Of a DNA stretch of 64,000 nucleotides, positions 24,248 to 36,778 are shown in pieces. The stretch comes from Plasmodiophora brassicae. Taxonomy: Eukaryota. Under the pieces are notes generated by a model. The model was not told the DNA's origin and ran no database searches. It saw nothing but the letters and a program-made list of their open reading frames with translations. The stretch lies in contig CP145423.1 in NCBI GenBank assembly GCA_036867785.1, positions 496,001 through 560,000 of the forward strand, written 5' to 3'. How positions within the stretch are numbered: the stretch's first letter is position 1; every line of letters starts with the position of its first letter. The translations under genes and the position numbers were made by a program.

Positions 24248-24819
24248 ATGATGATGCCTACGAAAAACCGCAACAAGATCCTGTCGAAGCTGTTCCTCGG
24301 TAATGAGACTGTTGTAGTACCGCTGCGCGGACGTATCGTCTGACGCGGCTGCCGTCCTCAGACGGGGTCATGGTTGCCAAGAAGGACCCGTCGCTGCTGA
24401 AGCACCCGGAATTCCCTGACATTCCCAACCTCCACGTCATGAAGCTGATGGAGTCGATGAAGTCGCGCGGCTACGTGTCCGAGAAGTTCTCGTGGCGCTG
24501 GTACTACTGGTCGCTCACCGACGAGGGCATCGAGTACCTGCGCGAGTTCCTGCACCTGCCGTCCACCATCGTCCCGATGACGCACAAGAAGACCGCCGAG
24601 TCCGCCCGCCCTATCCCATCCGGGTTCGCCGGCGCCGACCGCCCTCGTGGGCCCGGCGGCGACCGTGAAGCGTACCGTGGCAAGAACGTCGGCGATGCAC
24701 CGTCTGGGTACCAGCCGCAATTCGGCGGCGAACGCTCCGGGTTCGGCAGCGGCATGCGCGGCGGCCGCGGCGGGTTCGGCTCCAGCCGCGGCGGGCGCTT
24801 CGCACGCGAAGAACAGTAG
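24248..24819 (+). CDS. RPS10: 40S ribosomal protein S10 (eS10); 2 exons
   Basis: MMMPTKNR...[11 protein letters not shown]...[47 protein letters not shown]. Confidence 0.97.
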
Positions 24820-24946
24820 AGAACCTGCAGCACCAACATTTATGTACGTCTTATACACCAGGAGGATGGGTTGACATGTTGAATCTGCGTCCTCGGCGCC
24901 GACGGCTCTATGACGGCCAGCATTGTCGATTGTCGCCCGCGACGCC

Positions 24947-25794
24947 ATGCAAGAGGAGGAGTTTGATAGTAGGGGCAGCGGCGGCGGCTGCACGACCGGG
25001 GCGCGTGTCTGATCAGGGGGATCCGATAGATCTGCTGAAGGTGATCGTGGTTGGCAACGGCCAGGTCGGGAAGACGAGCATGATCACCAAGTTCGCGACG
25101 GGCGACTTCACCGGGCAGTACAAGAAGACGATCGGGACCGACTTCATGGAGCGGGAGATCCAGGTGCCGTCCAAGGGCGCGTCCATCAAGCTGATGCTGT
25201 GGGACACGGCCGGCCAGGAGATGTTCAGCGAGATCACCAGGAACTATTACCGGGGCGCCGGCGCCGTGGTCTACGCGTTCAGCAGTGTCGACCGGGACTC
25301 GTTCGAGGCCATCGAGAAGTGGAGGCACCGTGTCCTCGAGGAATGTGGAGACACCATCGCGGAAGTGCTTGTCCAGACAAAAACGGACCTGATCTCACAG
25401 GCGGTCATGACGCCGAACGAGACCGAATCCCTCGCCAGGAAGCTGAACCTCAAACTGTACCGCATCTGCACGAAGGAGAACAAACTCGTCGACGAAGGTT
25501 CGGTACCCGGGGTGCTGCTGTCGTGAAGCGTGCTCAGACGGGTGTCGTTCAGTGTTTCAGTACCTGTCAGAGCAGTACCTGGACAAGACGGCGGCGACGG
25601 GAACGTCGACGAATACGACGGCGACGAAGGCCCCGCCCACGCCGAGCAAAGCGGGTTCGAGCAGGGAGATGCCTAAGAGCCCGGTGCATGACGTCAGCGG
25701 TCAGGAGGCGACCAGCCCCAAAGATAAGTTCAAGCTGGAGCCGTCTCGCCAGAGAACCGGAGGCAGGAAGGACGCCCGATGCAGCATTCTTTGA
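24947..25794 (+). CDS. RAB23: Rab23 small GTPase; 3 exons
   Basis: MQEEEFD|NLLKVIVVGNGQVGKTS, YKKTIGTDFMER, LMLWDTAGQE and a single-cysteine CaaX end (CSIL). Confidence 0.88.
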
Positions 25795-26461
25795 ATTCCG
25801 TACATATACCAAACTGGCGACGCAATGTTGGCACTCCACCAGGACCTGTAAACAGCAATGTCGCTTAACAATTTCGTTCGTGACCTTTCATGAAACACGG
25901 GCCCAGCACGTGCACTGACTCCAGTTCATTATGCAGCGCGCGCATTCCGTTACATCACCTGTTTCTGCAGGTTGGCGTGAGTCTGACTGTTGTCTTGCGT
26001 ACGTAGGCTGGCTTAACCGTGGACCTTGTTGTTCCTCATAGACTCAGCGCAGACGGAAGTGGTTGTCCTGAATATCGCACCACGCCTGAGCTCCTCACAG
26101 CGTTGCGGAAGAGACCATGCCCTCGAGCTACGGCCGATGGTCGATCGGAACAATTTGCCCAACTGTTTGCACCGGAGCCACCTCGGACCTCTAGGTAGTC
26201 ATTCAGTCGGGAATCGGCTGTATTCAGGACAGCAGGTTCGTGGTGTCTGTTGCGTGGGGCGTGCCTGCCGTTGCCGCTGGCAGCGTTTCAAGAAAGAAGG
26301 GATGCCACCCAACATGCGAAGCTGTGAGGAGCGTAACGGTCCTGTGACGCACAGACCTGGATGATGCCGAGCGTGGCTGGCGCGCCCAAGTGGCATTGGC
26401 GGCTGGAAAAGCTAGCCATAACCAAGCTGTCCTCGTTCGTGTCGCATTGCTGCCAGGCACC

Positions 26462-26656
26462 ATGCAAGACGATAAGCAGTCGGACAAGGTAGAACAGCCA
26501 GCAAATGCGAAGAAGAAGCTCACACTGGAGGTGCCGAACAAAACGGGGACGCCCGAAGAGCCGAAGAGTCCTAACGCCAAGGACCTGGCCAGCCCTAACG
26601 AAAAGCCGAAGCCTGACCAAGGCACCGAAGGCCGGCAGCACTGTATCATTTGCTGA
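26462..26656 (+). CDS. Tiny hydrophilic protein ending in CaaX-like CIIC (copy 1, 64 aa)
   Basis: The ORF is preserved relative to its paralogue at 29577-29789, with only in-frame indels. Confidence 0.45.
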   Translation: MQDDKQSDKVEQPANAKKKLTLEVPNKTGTPEEPKSPNAKDLASPNEKPKPDQGTEGRQHCIIC

Positions 26657-26787
26657 AACCGATACACCAGCAGCGTATGAGCCAGACAAAACCAGACAGT
26701 TGGCAAAACGGCACTCGAAGTACTCATCCAGATTGTCACACGTTCCAGCCTGATTGTTGGAGCGGTCCGATTGTCGCCCGTGACGCC

Positions 26788-27633
26788 ACGCAGGAAGGAC
26801 GAGTTTGATAGGATGGGCAGTTGCGGCTGCACGACGGGGGCGCGAGTCTGATCAGGAGATCCGATAGATCTGTTGAAGGTGATCGTGGTTGGCAACGGCC
26901 AGGGCGGGAAGACGAGCAATATTATCACCAAGTTCGCAACGGGCGACTTCACCGGGCAGTACAAGAAGACGATCCGGACCGGCTTCATGGAGCGGGAGAT
27001 CCAGGTGCCGTCCAAGGGCGCGTCCATCAAGCTGATGCTGTGGGACACGGCCGGCCAGGAGATGTTCAGCGAGATCACCAGGAACTATTACCGGGGCGCC
27101 GGTGCCGTGGTCTACGCGTTCAGCAGTGTCGACCGGGACTCGTTCGAGGCCATCGAGAAGTGGAGGCACCGTGTCCTCGAGGAATGTGGAGAGACCATCG
27201 CGGAAGCACTTGTCCAGACGAAACGGACCTGATCTCGCAGGCGGTCATGACGCCGAACGAGACCGAATCCCTCGCGAGGAAGCTGAGCCTGAAACTGTAC
27301 CGCGTCTGCACGAAGGAGAACAAACTCGTCGATGAAGGTTCGGTACCGTGGACGCTACTGTCGTGGAGCGTGCTCAGACGGGTGTCGCTCAGTTTTGCAG
27401 TACCTGTCGGAGCAGTACCTGAGCAAGGCGGCGGCGACGGGAGCGTCGGCGAATACGACGGCGACGAAGGCCCCGCCCACGCCGAGCAAAGCGGGTTCGA
27501 GCAGGGAGATGCCTAAGAGCCCGGTGCACGACGTCAGCGGTCAGGAAGCGACCAGCCCCAATATAAGTTCAAGCTGGAGCCGTCTCGCCACCGAACCGGA
27601 GGCAGGAAGGACGCCCGATGCAACATTCTTTGA
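26788..27633 (+). pseudogene. Rab23 pseudogene (tandem duplicate)
   Basis: Close copy of 24947-25794. The start ATG is now ACG, the P-loop is altered (GQGGKTSNII), there is a frameshift at QTKRT*, and a further deletion lies near the 3' end. Confidence 0.88.
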
Positions 27634-28207
27634 ATTCCGTACATATACCAAACTGGGCGACCCAATGTTGCCACTCCACCAGGACCTATAAAGAGCAATG
27701 CCGCTTACCAATCTCATTCGTGACCTTGCATGCAACACGGGCCCAGCACTGACCCCAGTACTTCATTATGCGGCGCGCGCGTTCCCGTTACATCACCTGT
27801 TTCTGCAGGTTTGGCGTGAGTCTGACCGTTGTCTTGCGTACGTAGGCTGGCGTAACCGTGGACCTTCTTGTTCCACCTAGACACAGCGCAGATGGAAGCG
27901 GTTGTCTTGAATATCGCACAACGCCTGGGCTCATCACAGCGTTGCGGAAGAGACCATGCCCTCGAGGTACAGCCGATGGTCGATCGCAACGATTTGCCCA
28001 ACTGTTTGCACATGAGCCACCTCAGACCTCTTGTCATTCAGTCGGGAATGCGAGCTGGCCTATAAGCAACGCAATCGGACACGGCCGAATTCTGCTTGTC
28101 GCCGATCCTCTCGCGATCTACAGCATCAGTGCGCCACTCTTTAGCTGCAGCCAGCGCTCGTGCTAAAAACGGGAATCCTACGTGCATGTGACAAGCCCTA
28201 GACGCTA

Positions 28208-28952
28208 CAGTGATTACCGTAATTAGTCTGTATGCGCAATTAGTGTTAGTTCATAATTAGTGTGATACACACTATTCAGGGTCGGGTGCTCTTGGCACAC
28301 CTCAGTATATATAGTACAACACTGGTAAATACACGCGAAATGTACCATGAAAATTCAAATTTCATTATGTAAGTACATTAAGGAACGACCTTCGTCGTCG
28401 ATCATCCACTTCACGACCCTGATTCTTGACTGCTGGGTACAGACGTGCTGCAGTTTTCTCTTACGTGCCGAGTCGTTGCGGGCATTTGCATCATCATCTT
28501 CAATCCTAACCTCCTCTTCGGCGCCGTCGCCTTGCTGCTGTTCCGGTTCTCGTGGCACTTGATCATGCGGCTGCCAATGCTGCTGATGCAGCTGCGATCG
28601 AGCAAACGCGGCAGCAAGAGGTGACGCAGAGAAGACAGACAACGCTTGTGACGATGACGCTGGAGCCATCCGCGTATCTCACGTGAACAAACAGAGTGCA
28701 ATCATTTCCGGGTCCCTGCGGGCTCAGCGGCCAGCACGTGCGGCGTCCGTGGGGACTGGCTCGCACTGCGGCGCTGCGTATGCCTATACACACTAATTAC
28801 GTGTGAAAATAAATAGTGTGTATCACAGTATTCATGCCAGCACCTATATAGTGTTAATTCGCATTTAGTGTTATACACACTAATCAAGGGTTGAGCCTCT
28901 AAAATCGCTAACACCTAATTAGTCTGATACAGACTAATTACGGTAATCACTG
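28208..28952. mobile_element. Non-autonomous Tc1/mariner(-pogo)-type DNA transposon (MITE), 745 bp
   Basis: Perfect 26-bp TIRs CAGTGATTACCGTAATTAGTCTGTAT (28208-28233 and 28927-28952), flanked by TA on both sides. AT-rich subterminal attagtgt/acactaat motifs. Confidence 0.92.
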
Positions 28953-29576
28953 TAGGTTGACGACGAACGCGATGTCGATATACAAAACACCAAAAGACTA
29001 CGTGAGTTGTTTATGATCCAGAGAAGGCCGTGTTCGAGAGGCCGCTACACTGCGCCTCTTGAGCTTGCGCTCGGTGCCCAAGTACAGCCGAGCCCTGCTT
29101 TGAGTAGGATCTCCCGACGTCTCTCCTTGCATGCAAGTACCGTCGCCCACAAGCTAAAACGGCATCCCATGCATGACGAGATGCACACGGGACGATTCGC
29201 GGTAAATTGCGGACCTCCCTCGTCCGGACGCCGGTGGTGGATCACCCGTCCGTGTCCCGATTTAGGTCGGCGTTCCAGGGAAAAGTGCGTGACTGCCGTT
29301 GCCACCGGCGGCATTTCCAAGAATAGGGCCCCTACGGCGTACGGTGTCCGTGAGACCGTGACGGCCATTCGCAGGTCGCTGCAGCCCATTCTTCATTGTG
29401 TCGTCGAAGGGATGTCACCCAACATGCGCAGTTGTGAGGAGCGTAACGGTCCTATGACTATATGCACAGACCTGGATGATGCCGAGCGTGGATGCCGCGC
29501 CCAAGTGGCACTGGCGGCCGGAAAAGCTAGCCATAACCAAGTTGTCCTCGTTCGTGTCGCATTGCTGCCAGGCGCC

Positions 29577-29789
29577 ATGCAAGACGGTAAGCAGGCTGAC
29601 AAGGTAGAGCAGACCGCGAATGCGAACAAGAAGCCCACACTGGAGGTGCCGAACAAAACGGGGACGCCCGAAGAGCCCAAGAGTCCTGTGAGCGTGGACG
29701 CCAAGGACCTGGCCAGCCCCAACGAAAAGGCGAAGCCTGACCAAGGCACCGGGGGCCGACAGCGCCTCCCTGAGTGTATCATTTGCTGA
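29577..29789 (+). CDS. Tiny hydrophilic protein ending in CaaX-like CIIC (copy 2, 70 aa)
   Basis: MQDGKQADKVEQ...RLPECIIC*. Paralogue of 26462-26656. Confidence 0.5.
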   Translation: MQDGKQADKVEQTANANKKPTLEVPNKTGTPEEPKSPVSVDAKDLASPNEKAKPDQGTGGRQRLPECIIC

Positions 29790-30199
29790 AACCAATACAC
29801 CAGCAGCGTATGAAGTTTATCACCAGTCAGTTGGCAAAACGGCGCTATTCGTAGGCCGCCCTAGTACTCTTGTTGTGTCGTCACTTGGCGATGAACGTGT
29901 CGACACCGGTTCTTCAGCTGTTCAAACTTGCCAGCGAGGTCGAGCTGGCTCAGTCGTTCTCAGGGAAGTATGACGGCTTGCGCTTCAAGCGATTTCGTTC
30001 GGCGACGAGACGGCCGCCTCTCCTTGCCCTTCTGCAGGATGTCAATCGCATTTCCCACGTCCGCCGCCGATATGTCGCTCTTGATCTACTTTTGACGACA
30101 TCCTCAACGACGAGTATCATGGCTCGTGCTCAAAGGAAACGTCCAGCCCGGAACTTCTACGACGCCATCTTAATGCCAACTTGATGGTTAAAAGGTAAC

Positions 30200-30424
30200 T
30201 CCAACGGCATACGTCGTTGTCTGGTTAGAGATTACGCAGTGGCGTTTGGATATAAAAAGTTTGTGTCGTTGCTTTCTGATCTAGGAAACCGTATCATATC
30301 AACCCGTTAATTCCAACGGCATGCGCGCGTCTGTATCTTGTTAGAGATTACGCAGTTGTGTTTGTGTATAAAACGTATACTTTGTGTCGCTGCTTTCTGA
30401 TCTAGGAAACCGTATCATATCACC
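30200..30424. repeat. Two imperfect direct repeats of about 105-112 bp in AT-rich DNA upstream of a gene
   Basis: ccaacggcat...gttagagattacgcagt...tataaaa...tgctttctgatctaggaaaccgtatcatatca occurs twice. Confidence 0.9.
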
Positions 30425-30581
30425 TCAGATCAGCCAGTTCCCCAGATTGGCACACGAGGGTCAATTTGGCGAAAGGAATTCGCAGAACGGTGTCGCACCG
30501 TGGCTGGCTTGATAACTGTGGTATCGTGGATCGTGTTGGTGTACGTAGCGTACGTCGATCACATTAGATCACCTGATTGAG

Positions 30582-32121
30582 ATGGTGCTCTCTCTGGCGT
30601 TGGCGGCATTTGTCGTGTGCTGGGCGGCGCTCGCGAAAGTGGCGTGCGCTACTGTCGTCTTCCACAATGGAGTGCTTACTAACGTGACGCTGTATTCTCC
30701 GCCGTTCAGCTCCTTTGTTGGACCTCAACCGAGCGACAACATCGACCCAATCACCCGAACCGTGGTCGTCTACAATGACAATCCCTGTGATGCGAATGGA
30801 GCGTCTAGAGCGACGCTGTCAGATCGAATCGTCCTAATGACTGCGGTTTCTGCGCCTTGCTCTAGCGAAGCCACACTTTTGTACTTGCAGTCGCTGGGTG
30901 CCGCTGGGATACTTTGTAAGTCGCACATGCCGACGCAGAACCATGTTCATCTGACATGACTCAGTCCCAGTGCTGAACAAAGTACCCAGTATGGCGATGT
31001 ATTTACAGGACGGTTCCTTTGGAGCGCACACCCGTTCCTCCAGGACGTTCTTCCTGCAGGTTGAGCTGACTACACAACAATACCAAGCCATTATCTCCAT
31101 GGCGCCGAATCTGAACGCCACAATATTCCCTGATGCCAATGTATGGGGTGCCACGTTTTCGTCGTGGTACTACCAACTGTTCATCCGCATCCTTCCAAGC
31201 ACGATCCTTATCAGCTCCGGCCTGTTCGCCGTTGTTTTCCTCGTGCAGCACGCATTAATCAGGAACGACCGATTTAACATGGACACTGTTGCCAGCCGCC
31301 GCACATTTCGCCGCCGCCTGCTATTCTTCGTCAGCACCGCCGACTTACCTGTCGTCGCCTTGGCCATTGAAATGGTAACAGCGACGTTACCCGGTGTGAT
31401 ATTGGCGATCGATGGCTTTCAGAGCAATGCAGCTTTGCCTTACACGGTCGTCGGATTCTTCTCTACGCTGTTAAATGGATGGAGCATGGTTTGCTCACTG
31501 GTGTCTGCTAAGATGTGGGCCAAGAGGTTATCCGACATTACGCCCGGTCGCGAACCCTCCCTGATAACACGTATCATCCAGGGCGATTACTGGCTCATCT
31601 CGGTATTCCTGTACCTAAGTCCAGTCATTATCGATGTGTTATTCAATGTCTGTATTGCGCTGGGCTACGATGTCCCGATCATTCTAGCAGGTGGACCTGC
31701 CGTCGAAGTACTCATCCAGATTGCCATAAGTTCGAGCCTGATTGCCGGTGCGGTCCGGTATTATCGCACTGTGAACGGGATCCAACAGAACGCCGGCGCC
31801 GCGATCCAACACGACACCTCTGTGGAATGTTTGATGAAGCGGTTGTGTCGCTGCGCCCTGGGCCTGGCAATAGCCATGGTTGTCAGCTGTTCTGGGATTA
31901 TCCTCTTGGGCCTGGCACCAGCGACCGCATACACCCCGAACGGGTTCACTGTCGCCACCGCCCTCTTTTACAATGGACGGGCCATGGATAGCGCCTTCCG
32001 CGTCGTGATGTTTAAACCCAGGGAGCGCGACAATGCGCCGTCGGAGAATCCCTCTGAAGGCCCTGGCATCATGGTTCCTGTGCAGCCAAGGACAACGACT
32101 GCGGCCGTCGCCAAAGACTGA
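30582..32121 (+). CDS. Signal peptide, PA-like ectodomain and about 7 TM helices (GPCR-like receptor); 2 exons
   Basis: NPC...DRIVLM...CS...LQSLGAAGIL resembles a protease-associated domain. Intron at about 30916-30964. Seven hydrophobic segments follow. Confidence 0.7.
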
Positions 32122-32437
32122 TCTGCAGACGACCATCCTGTGCACCTGATTTCGATGAATACGCCACATTCCACAACGAGTTCCGCCGCACAATCTATTA
32201 ATTAGTGCCAGCAGGGCCGTGATTAGTTTGGTGTGGGAGCAGGGTCCACAGTTGACGTGCTCGTCTCATTGCAACGGGGCGTTGTATGCGTTTGCTATAC
32301 CGGCCGTGCGCTGACTGGAACTGACCAGCATTGGGCTTTCAGATGATCGGCGTGTGTTGTACCTCAGCGTGACTTGATGGTGTATAGGCCGCCCTTTCGC
32401 AGGGGTTTCGGCTTCCTCATCGGCCTCGGCGCATACA

Positions 32438-33400
32438 TCACCCTGATAACATGGTTAGAGTAGCCGTGACAGAGGACGCTGCGAAACAGTACTCGTTGCA
32501 AGCGCCGAACACGTCGAGCGAGGAGGGGAACAGATGTGCCCGGCCGGGGCGCGTCCCACGAAGCCATAAGACGCGGGCAATCGGGCCTTCGTAATGCGCC
32601 ATCTTGATGGCGTACATCCATCGATCCACGCGCCAATGCTCGAACGCGATCTCGCGCGCCTGTTCTTCAGTCAGGCCGACCCAGGCGCACGTTCCTTTTA
32701 AGTTCGCCTTGGTGACGCCCTTTGTGTAGAACGTCGATGCCGTTAGCCACTCGCGAAACGCAATTAACGATTCGTGATTGTCGTCGCCAGGCTGAACTGG
32801 TGATCCGCTCTTGAGCAGGGCCGAATGCAAACGGTTCAGGGCAGGCACTTCGACAACGAGGGCAAACGCGTTCGGTTGGATGTTTTCGACAGCCATGTTG
32901 CAATCGTCAATCGTTAACTGCAACATGGTTCTAGACGTCACCAATCAGCAAATGTTAGGAAACACGATATCCTGATCTGCTGCAGCAGAGACACCTTTTG
33001 CTGAACGTTGAATGACAATAGATAGCCGGTGATAATGGTGGCCCATGGCTGAGGTTGGCTGGTTTCACTGCCTATAGGACAACCCGTTTTGTTAGGCCGG
33101 TTTCCTCTCCTGCCACGAGATGGTGACTTGTACCAAGCGCGGGCGTAGATGTGGAACACGTTCTATTTCATCAGGCAGGCCCCAGATACGACGCCTCAGC
33201 AGCGTGGACACCGGTACGGCACGGTCCATGCAGTGCGTCGGGAACGGTCGCGCTCCGACAAGGGCTGCCATCTCATCGAACGACAATGCACGGACATCAC
33301 TATTTGGGGACAGCTCCTCTGCTATGGGCTATGGCGTATGTTGTACGCAGAGGGACGACGAACCACTCTTCAAATACACGCGGTACGATGAAAGAAGGGC
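32438..33400 (-). pseudogene. Decayed ORF of unknown family
   Basis: ORFs 33092-33286 and 32438-32944 share a frame but are separated by in-frame stops. GC is lower than in neighbouring genes. Confidence 0.3.
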
Positions 33401-34297
33401 GATATTACCGTTAGTTTATTTACTGCATTGAAATTATATGAGCAGTTCACAGGACAAGGCCGACATAAATATTAGCGAGGGGCCTCGTTGTTTGCAGTGC
33501 GACCTACTGTCATCAGGTCAGCGTGCGATTCACCAACGCAGATGATTATAGCAAAGCAAAATAACGAGACGCATCATAAATTAAGCATGTCGTCAATATT
33601 CGTCCGAAGGATCCATTGAAATATTGAAATCATTGCGATGGATAACGGAGAATCAGATAAACGCACAGTACCTGTCGCTTCGACGCCTTCATGATACCCG
33701 TTCAGCAGCCCAACGCATAACCTAACATGCAACCAACACGTTAGACCGTGGTCGGGATGACAGGCATGAATAATAATTCGTCGACAATGGAAATCGCTCA
33801 TCAAAGTTATGACTTCATCAATAGTCGTCAGAAGTCTTACATATATCTAAGTGACAATCACTGCGAACCGGATCAAACACACAACGAGCACAACCGCCAC
33901 CAACCTTACAGACGGACCTCCTGCATCTGAAACCGCCTGCCTGCGACAATCAACGCTGCTGCGCGGTGCGCCGCCCGCCGTACGGTGTCCGCGGACTCCA
34001 TCACGATTAGGGCAGCCCGCCATACACGCAGGGCGCGCTCCGAGGACAGCTCCGGCAGCCGTTTTATTTTGTTTTGGCCCGACCACAATCCAACGGGAAA
34101 CGGGGCACGGGGGCGGTTTATTTTCGGATCGTGGTCTGGCAATGCAGTCGGCCGATCGCGGTAGCCGGCACGGCCGCCTGACTGGGGACACGTCCGCAGA
34201 TGTAACACCTCGTCAGTGGCCCGGCGACCCACGCGGCACCATGTAGCCCCCATAACGGTAGACGCTGTTTGTCGTCAACATCGGCGAAGCGCGCACG

Positions 34298-34973
34298 ATG
34301 CGGCGTCGGTACGAGGTGGACGGTGTCGTCGACAGCGAAGACGACGACGCAGACGAGCCGCTGGAGAGAGCGCCGCTGCCACCCGTTCGGCGGTTCACGG
34401 CGCCAGTCATCGGCACGCGAACGCTGGGGCGTCCCCGCCGGCAGGTGCTGCAGACGACAGGCAAATGGGCGCTGTCGCTGTCGATTGCAGACGGCCGTCC
34501 AGACCCGGCTCAGGCCTTCCTGATCGTCCTCGAGGTTGTTGACGAATCACCGGCCTGGAACCAGGGTCTGCGACCGGGCGACCTGTTCATCCAGTTCGGG
34601 GACCTGGACCGACTGTCGTTCCGCCTGTGCGGCTCTAGTCTGAGCGGTACGTGAATCCCTGCGTAATCTGCTCGTACGTTCGACTGACAGGGTTGCAGTG
34701 CTCAGGGATCGTATTGCCAGTTGTGTAGAGAGCCCGTTGAGCTGTGTCATCGTTCGTGGCCCACGTCTGTTCAACATCCAGCTGCGAGGGATGCGCTGGG
34801 ATCACGGCGTCGCGCTCGGCGCTGTCATTAACACGTACCCGGAGCCCGTCCCTGGCAAGGCTGCCGCCAAGCCCGCTCCCACGGCCTCGTCCTGCAGCGA
34901 GCTCCAATCCGCTTTCGAGCGTGGCCTTCGCCTGGGCCTCAACTCGTTCAGCGAACCGCACAGAGCCGCCTGA
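34298..34973 (+). CDS. PDZ-domain protein (PSMD9/Nas2-like PDZ); 2 exons
   Basis: AFLIVLEVVDESPAWNQGLRPGDLFIQFG, then ...VIVRG...RWDHGVALGAVI in the second exon. Confidence 0.65.
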
Positions 34974-35150
34974 GACAGGCTTCAACATCATTCCGCTGGG
35001 TGTCGTCTAACCGACAAGAACACTGCAAGCTCTGTCGATGACTTGATCTGCCACTATTCGTCTTTGTAATATACGTGTTCATATTATGCAACTCGCACGG
35101 CGCTCATCGGTTGGGGGCGACATACGCACGTACGTACGCCGATGGTTCAT

Positions 35151-35739
35151 TCAGATGCCCACTGCGAATACGGTCGTGACGCAGTACATGGTGCGGTTCA
35201 GCGACTCTCGGGAACGATCCTTCGGCCACAGGACGGCCTGCAGGCCTGCCACACAGGTTTAAACGACATGGAATTAATTGTCAGTCAGGCTGGCGAACCG
35301 TCGTTGACGCTGTCCCAGTAACAGGATAGCGCCGAGTGAATTGCAGCACCGTTTCTCTGCATAATGACGCAGGTCACTAAGACAGCTGAATGAGACAGTG
35401 GGCAGACGCATCTACGAACGTTTCGTACCGACGTATTTGAATGGTTTTCGCAGCGCCACTAATCGTTGCATGAGGAGCTCACTGATATCAGCGATCCAGT
35501 GTGGGACCAACTTCTCGTCATACGTCTTCTGGTTCAGGAAGTTATCCAGGGTCTGCTCCATCATCAGGCGGGCGCTCGCGAGCACAATGTAAGACGCAGG
35601 ACCCACTTCGTTAATGATTTTGCCGACCTCCTCTTCAGAGAATGCCAACTATTTCCATTGCGGATCACATTAGCCATCGGTCAGATTCGTTCTACGCTCC
35701 GCCGAATTGGACCTGTTCGGATGTGTTCAAATCGTCCAT
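35151..35739 (-). CDS. DYNLT1: Dynein light chain Tctex-1 family; 5 exons
   Basis: [17 protein letters not shown]...[30 protein letters not shown]...[15 protein letters not shown]. Confidence 0.9.
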
Positions 35740-35907
35740 CGTGACACGAAGCCCGGACGCCAAAGCGGGTGTGACTCTCTGCTGGCGACACAAGCGCCAG
35801 CGGCTAACGAATATCGGGCTGCGCCGTCTGAACATTACATTGGCCCTTCCAGCGCAATGGCCAGCACCGAACTCGCTCCCTGTATTGAGAATAGAACCGG
35901 ATCATAT

Positions 35908-36518
35908 TTAGGTGAACGCGTTCCTTCCCCATCGTTCGGCGAAATCAGGAGCGTTCCTCTCGCGAACTTTGTCGTGCTCGGCCTGCTGCATGTGAAGCAT
36001 CTGCCTGTACTCGGCCAGCTGCCAACAATAAAGGCTGAGCATCCTTTGTTTCAACCACCTGGATGCAGAGTGTACCTTGCGGTTTTCTTCAGATAGGTTA
36101 CGCATATAAGCACGACGAGCGGCTGCTTCCATATCCTCGACCTGCATAGCAATTGCTCTGTGCCGGTTAACGTCCGCTGTGATCCAATCGTCCTTTCGTG
36201 CCATCTCCGCCTCCTGCGTGGCGTGCGTCTCGTCCATTGACCGAATCGCTTCATCGTATTCCGCCCTAGTGACAGCACAGGTCATCCAACGCACCGCAAG
36301 CAGACAACACCAGAAGGGTACATAATGGCCGCCTTTTCGTTTGGTGACTTGAACAGATCGCGTCGTCGTTGAGCGAAGAGGGCTTCACGTCGTTCACGGC
36401 GGTGTTGGAGCCTGGCGACCTGTTTCTCGTATTCCTTCTCCTGGTTCTCCTCGGTGATGTGATGCTCGTGCCATACACGAGGCTTACGGTGCACAATGCT
36501 GGGCCGAATCTTCATCAT
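35908..36518 (-). CDS. Small coiled-coil protein, possibly a ciliary microtubule inner protein (RIB43A-like C-terminus); 3 exons
   Basis: E/R/Q/A-rich helical exons ending EEN..LA...PDFAERWGRNAFT. Confidence 0.5.
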
Positions 36519-36778
36519 CGTGGCGCTGTCCTACGCGTGGCTGTCGACACAACGGCTTTTTATGAAGACGGTACTCGCGCCCGATCGCCAGGTCGGTAAC
36601 GATCCGTACCCAGTACATGACGATGAGTACAGCATAGCGGCACTATACAGATGTTGCTACAATGCTGACTTGAATCCAATGGACACACGGCTTCCGTCAT
36701 CTGCACTTACGCCAGGAGAGGTAAGTGGCCCCACGGAGTCCGTGAAGAGCGCCGCGCAGTCCGCCGATACGGTACGAC

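Noticed and set aside
29850-30190. 104-aa ORF
   Set aside because: Non-ATG start and no recognisable domain.
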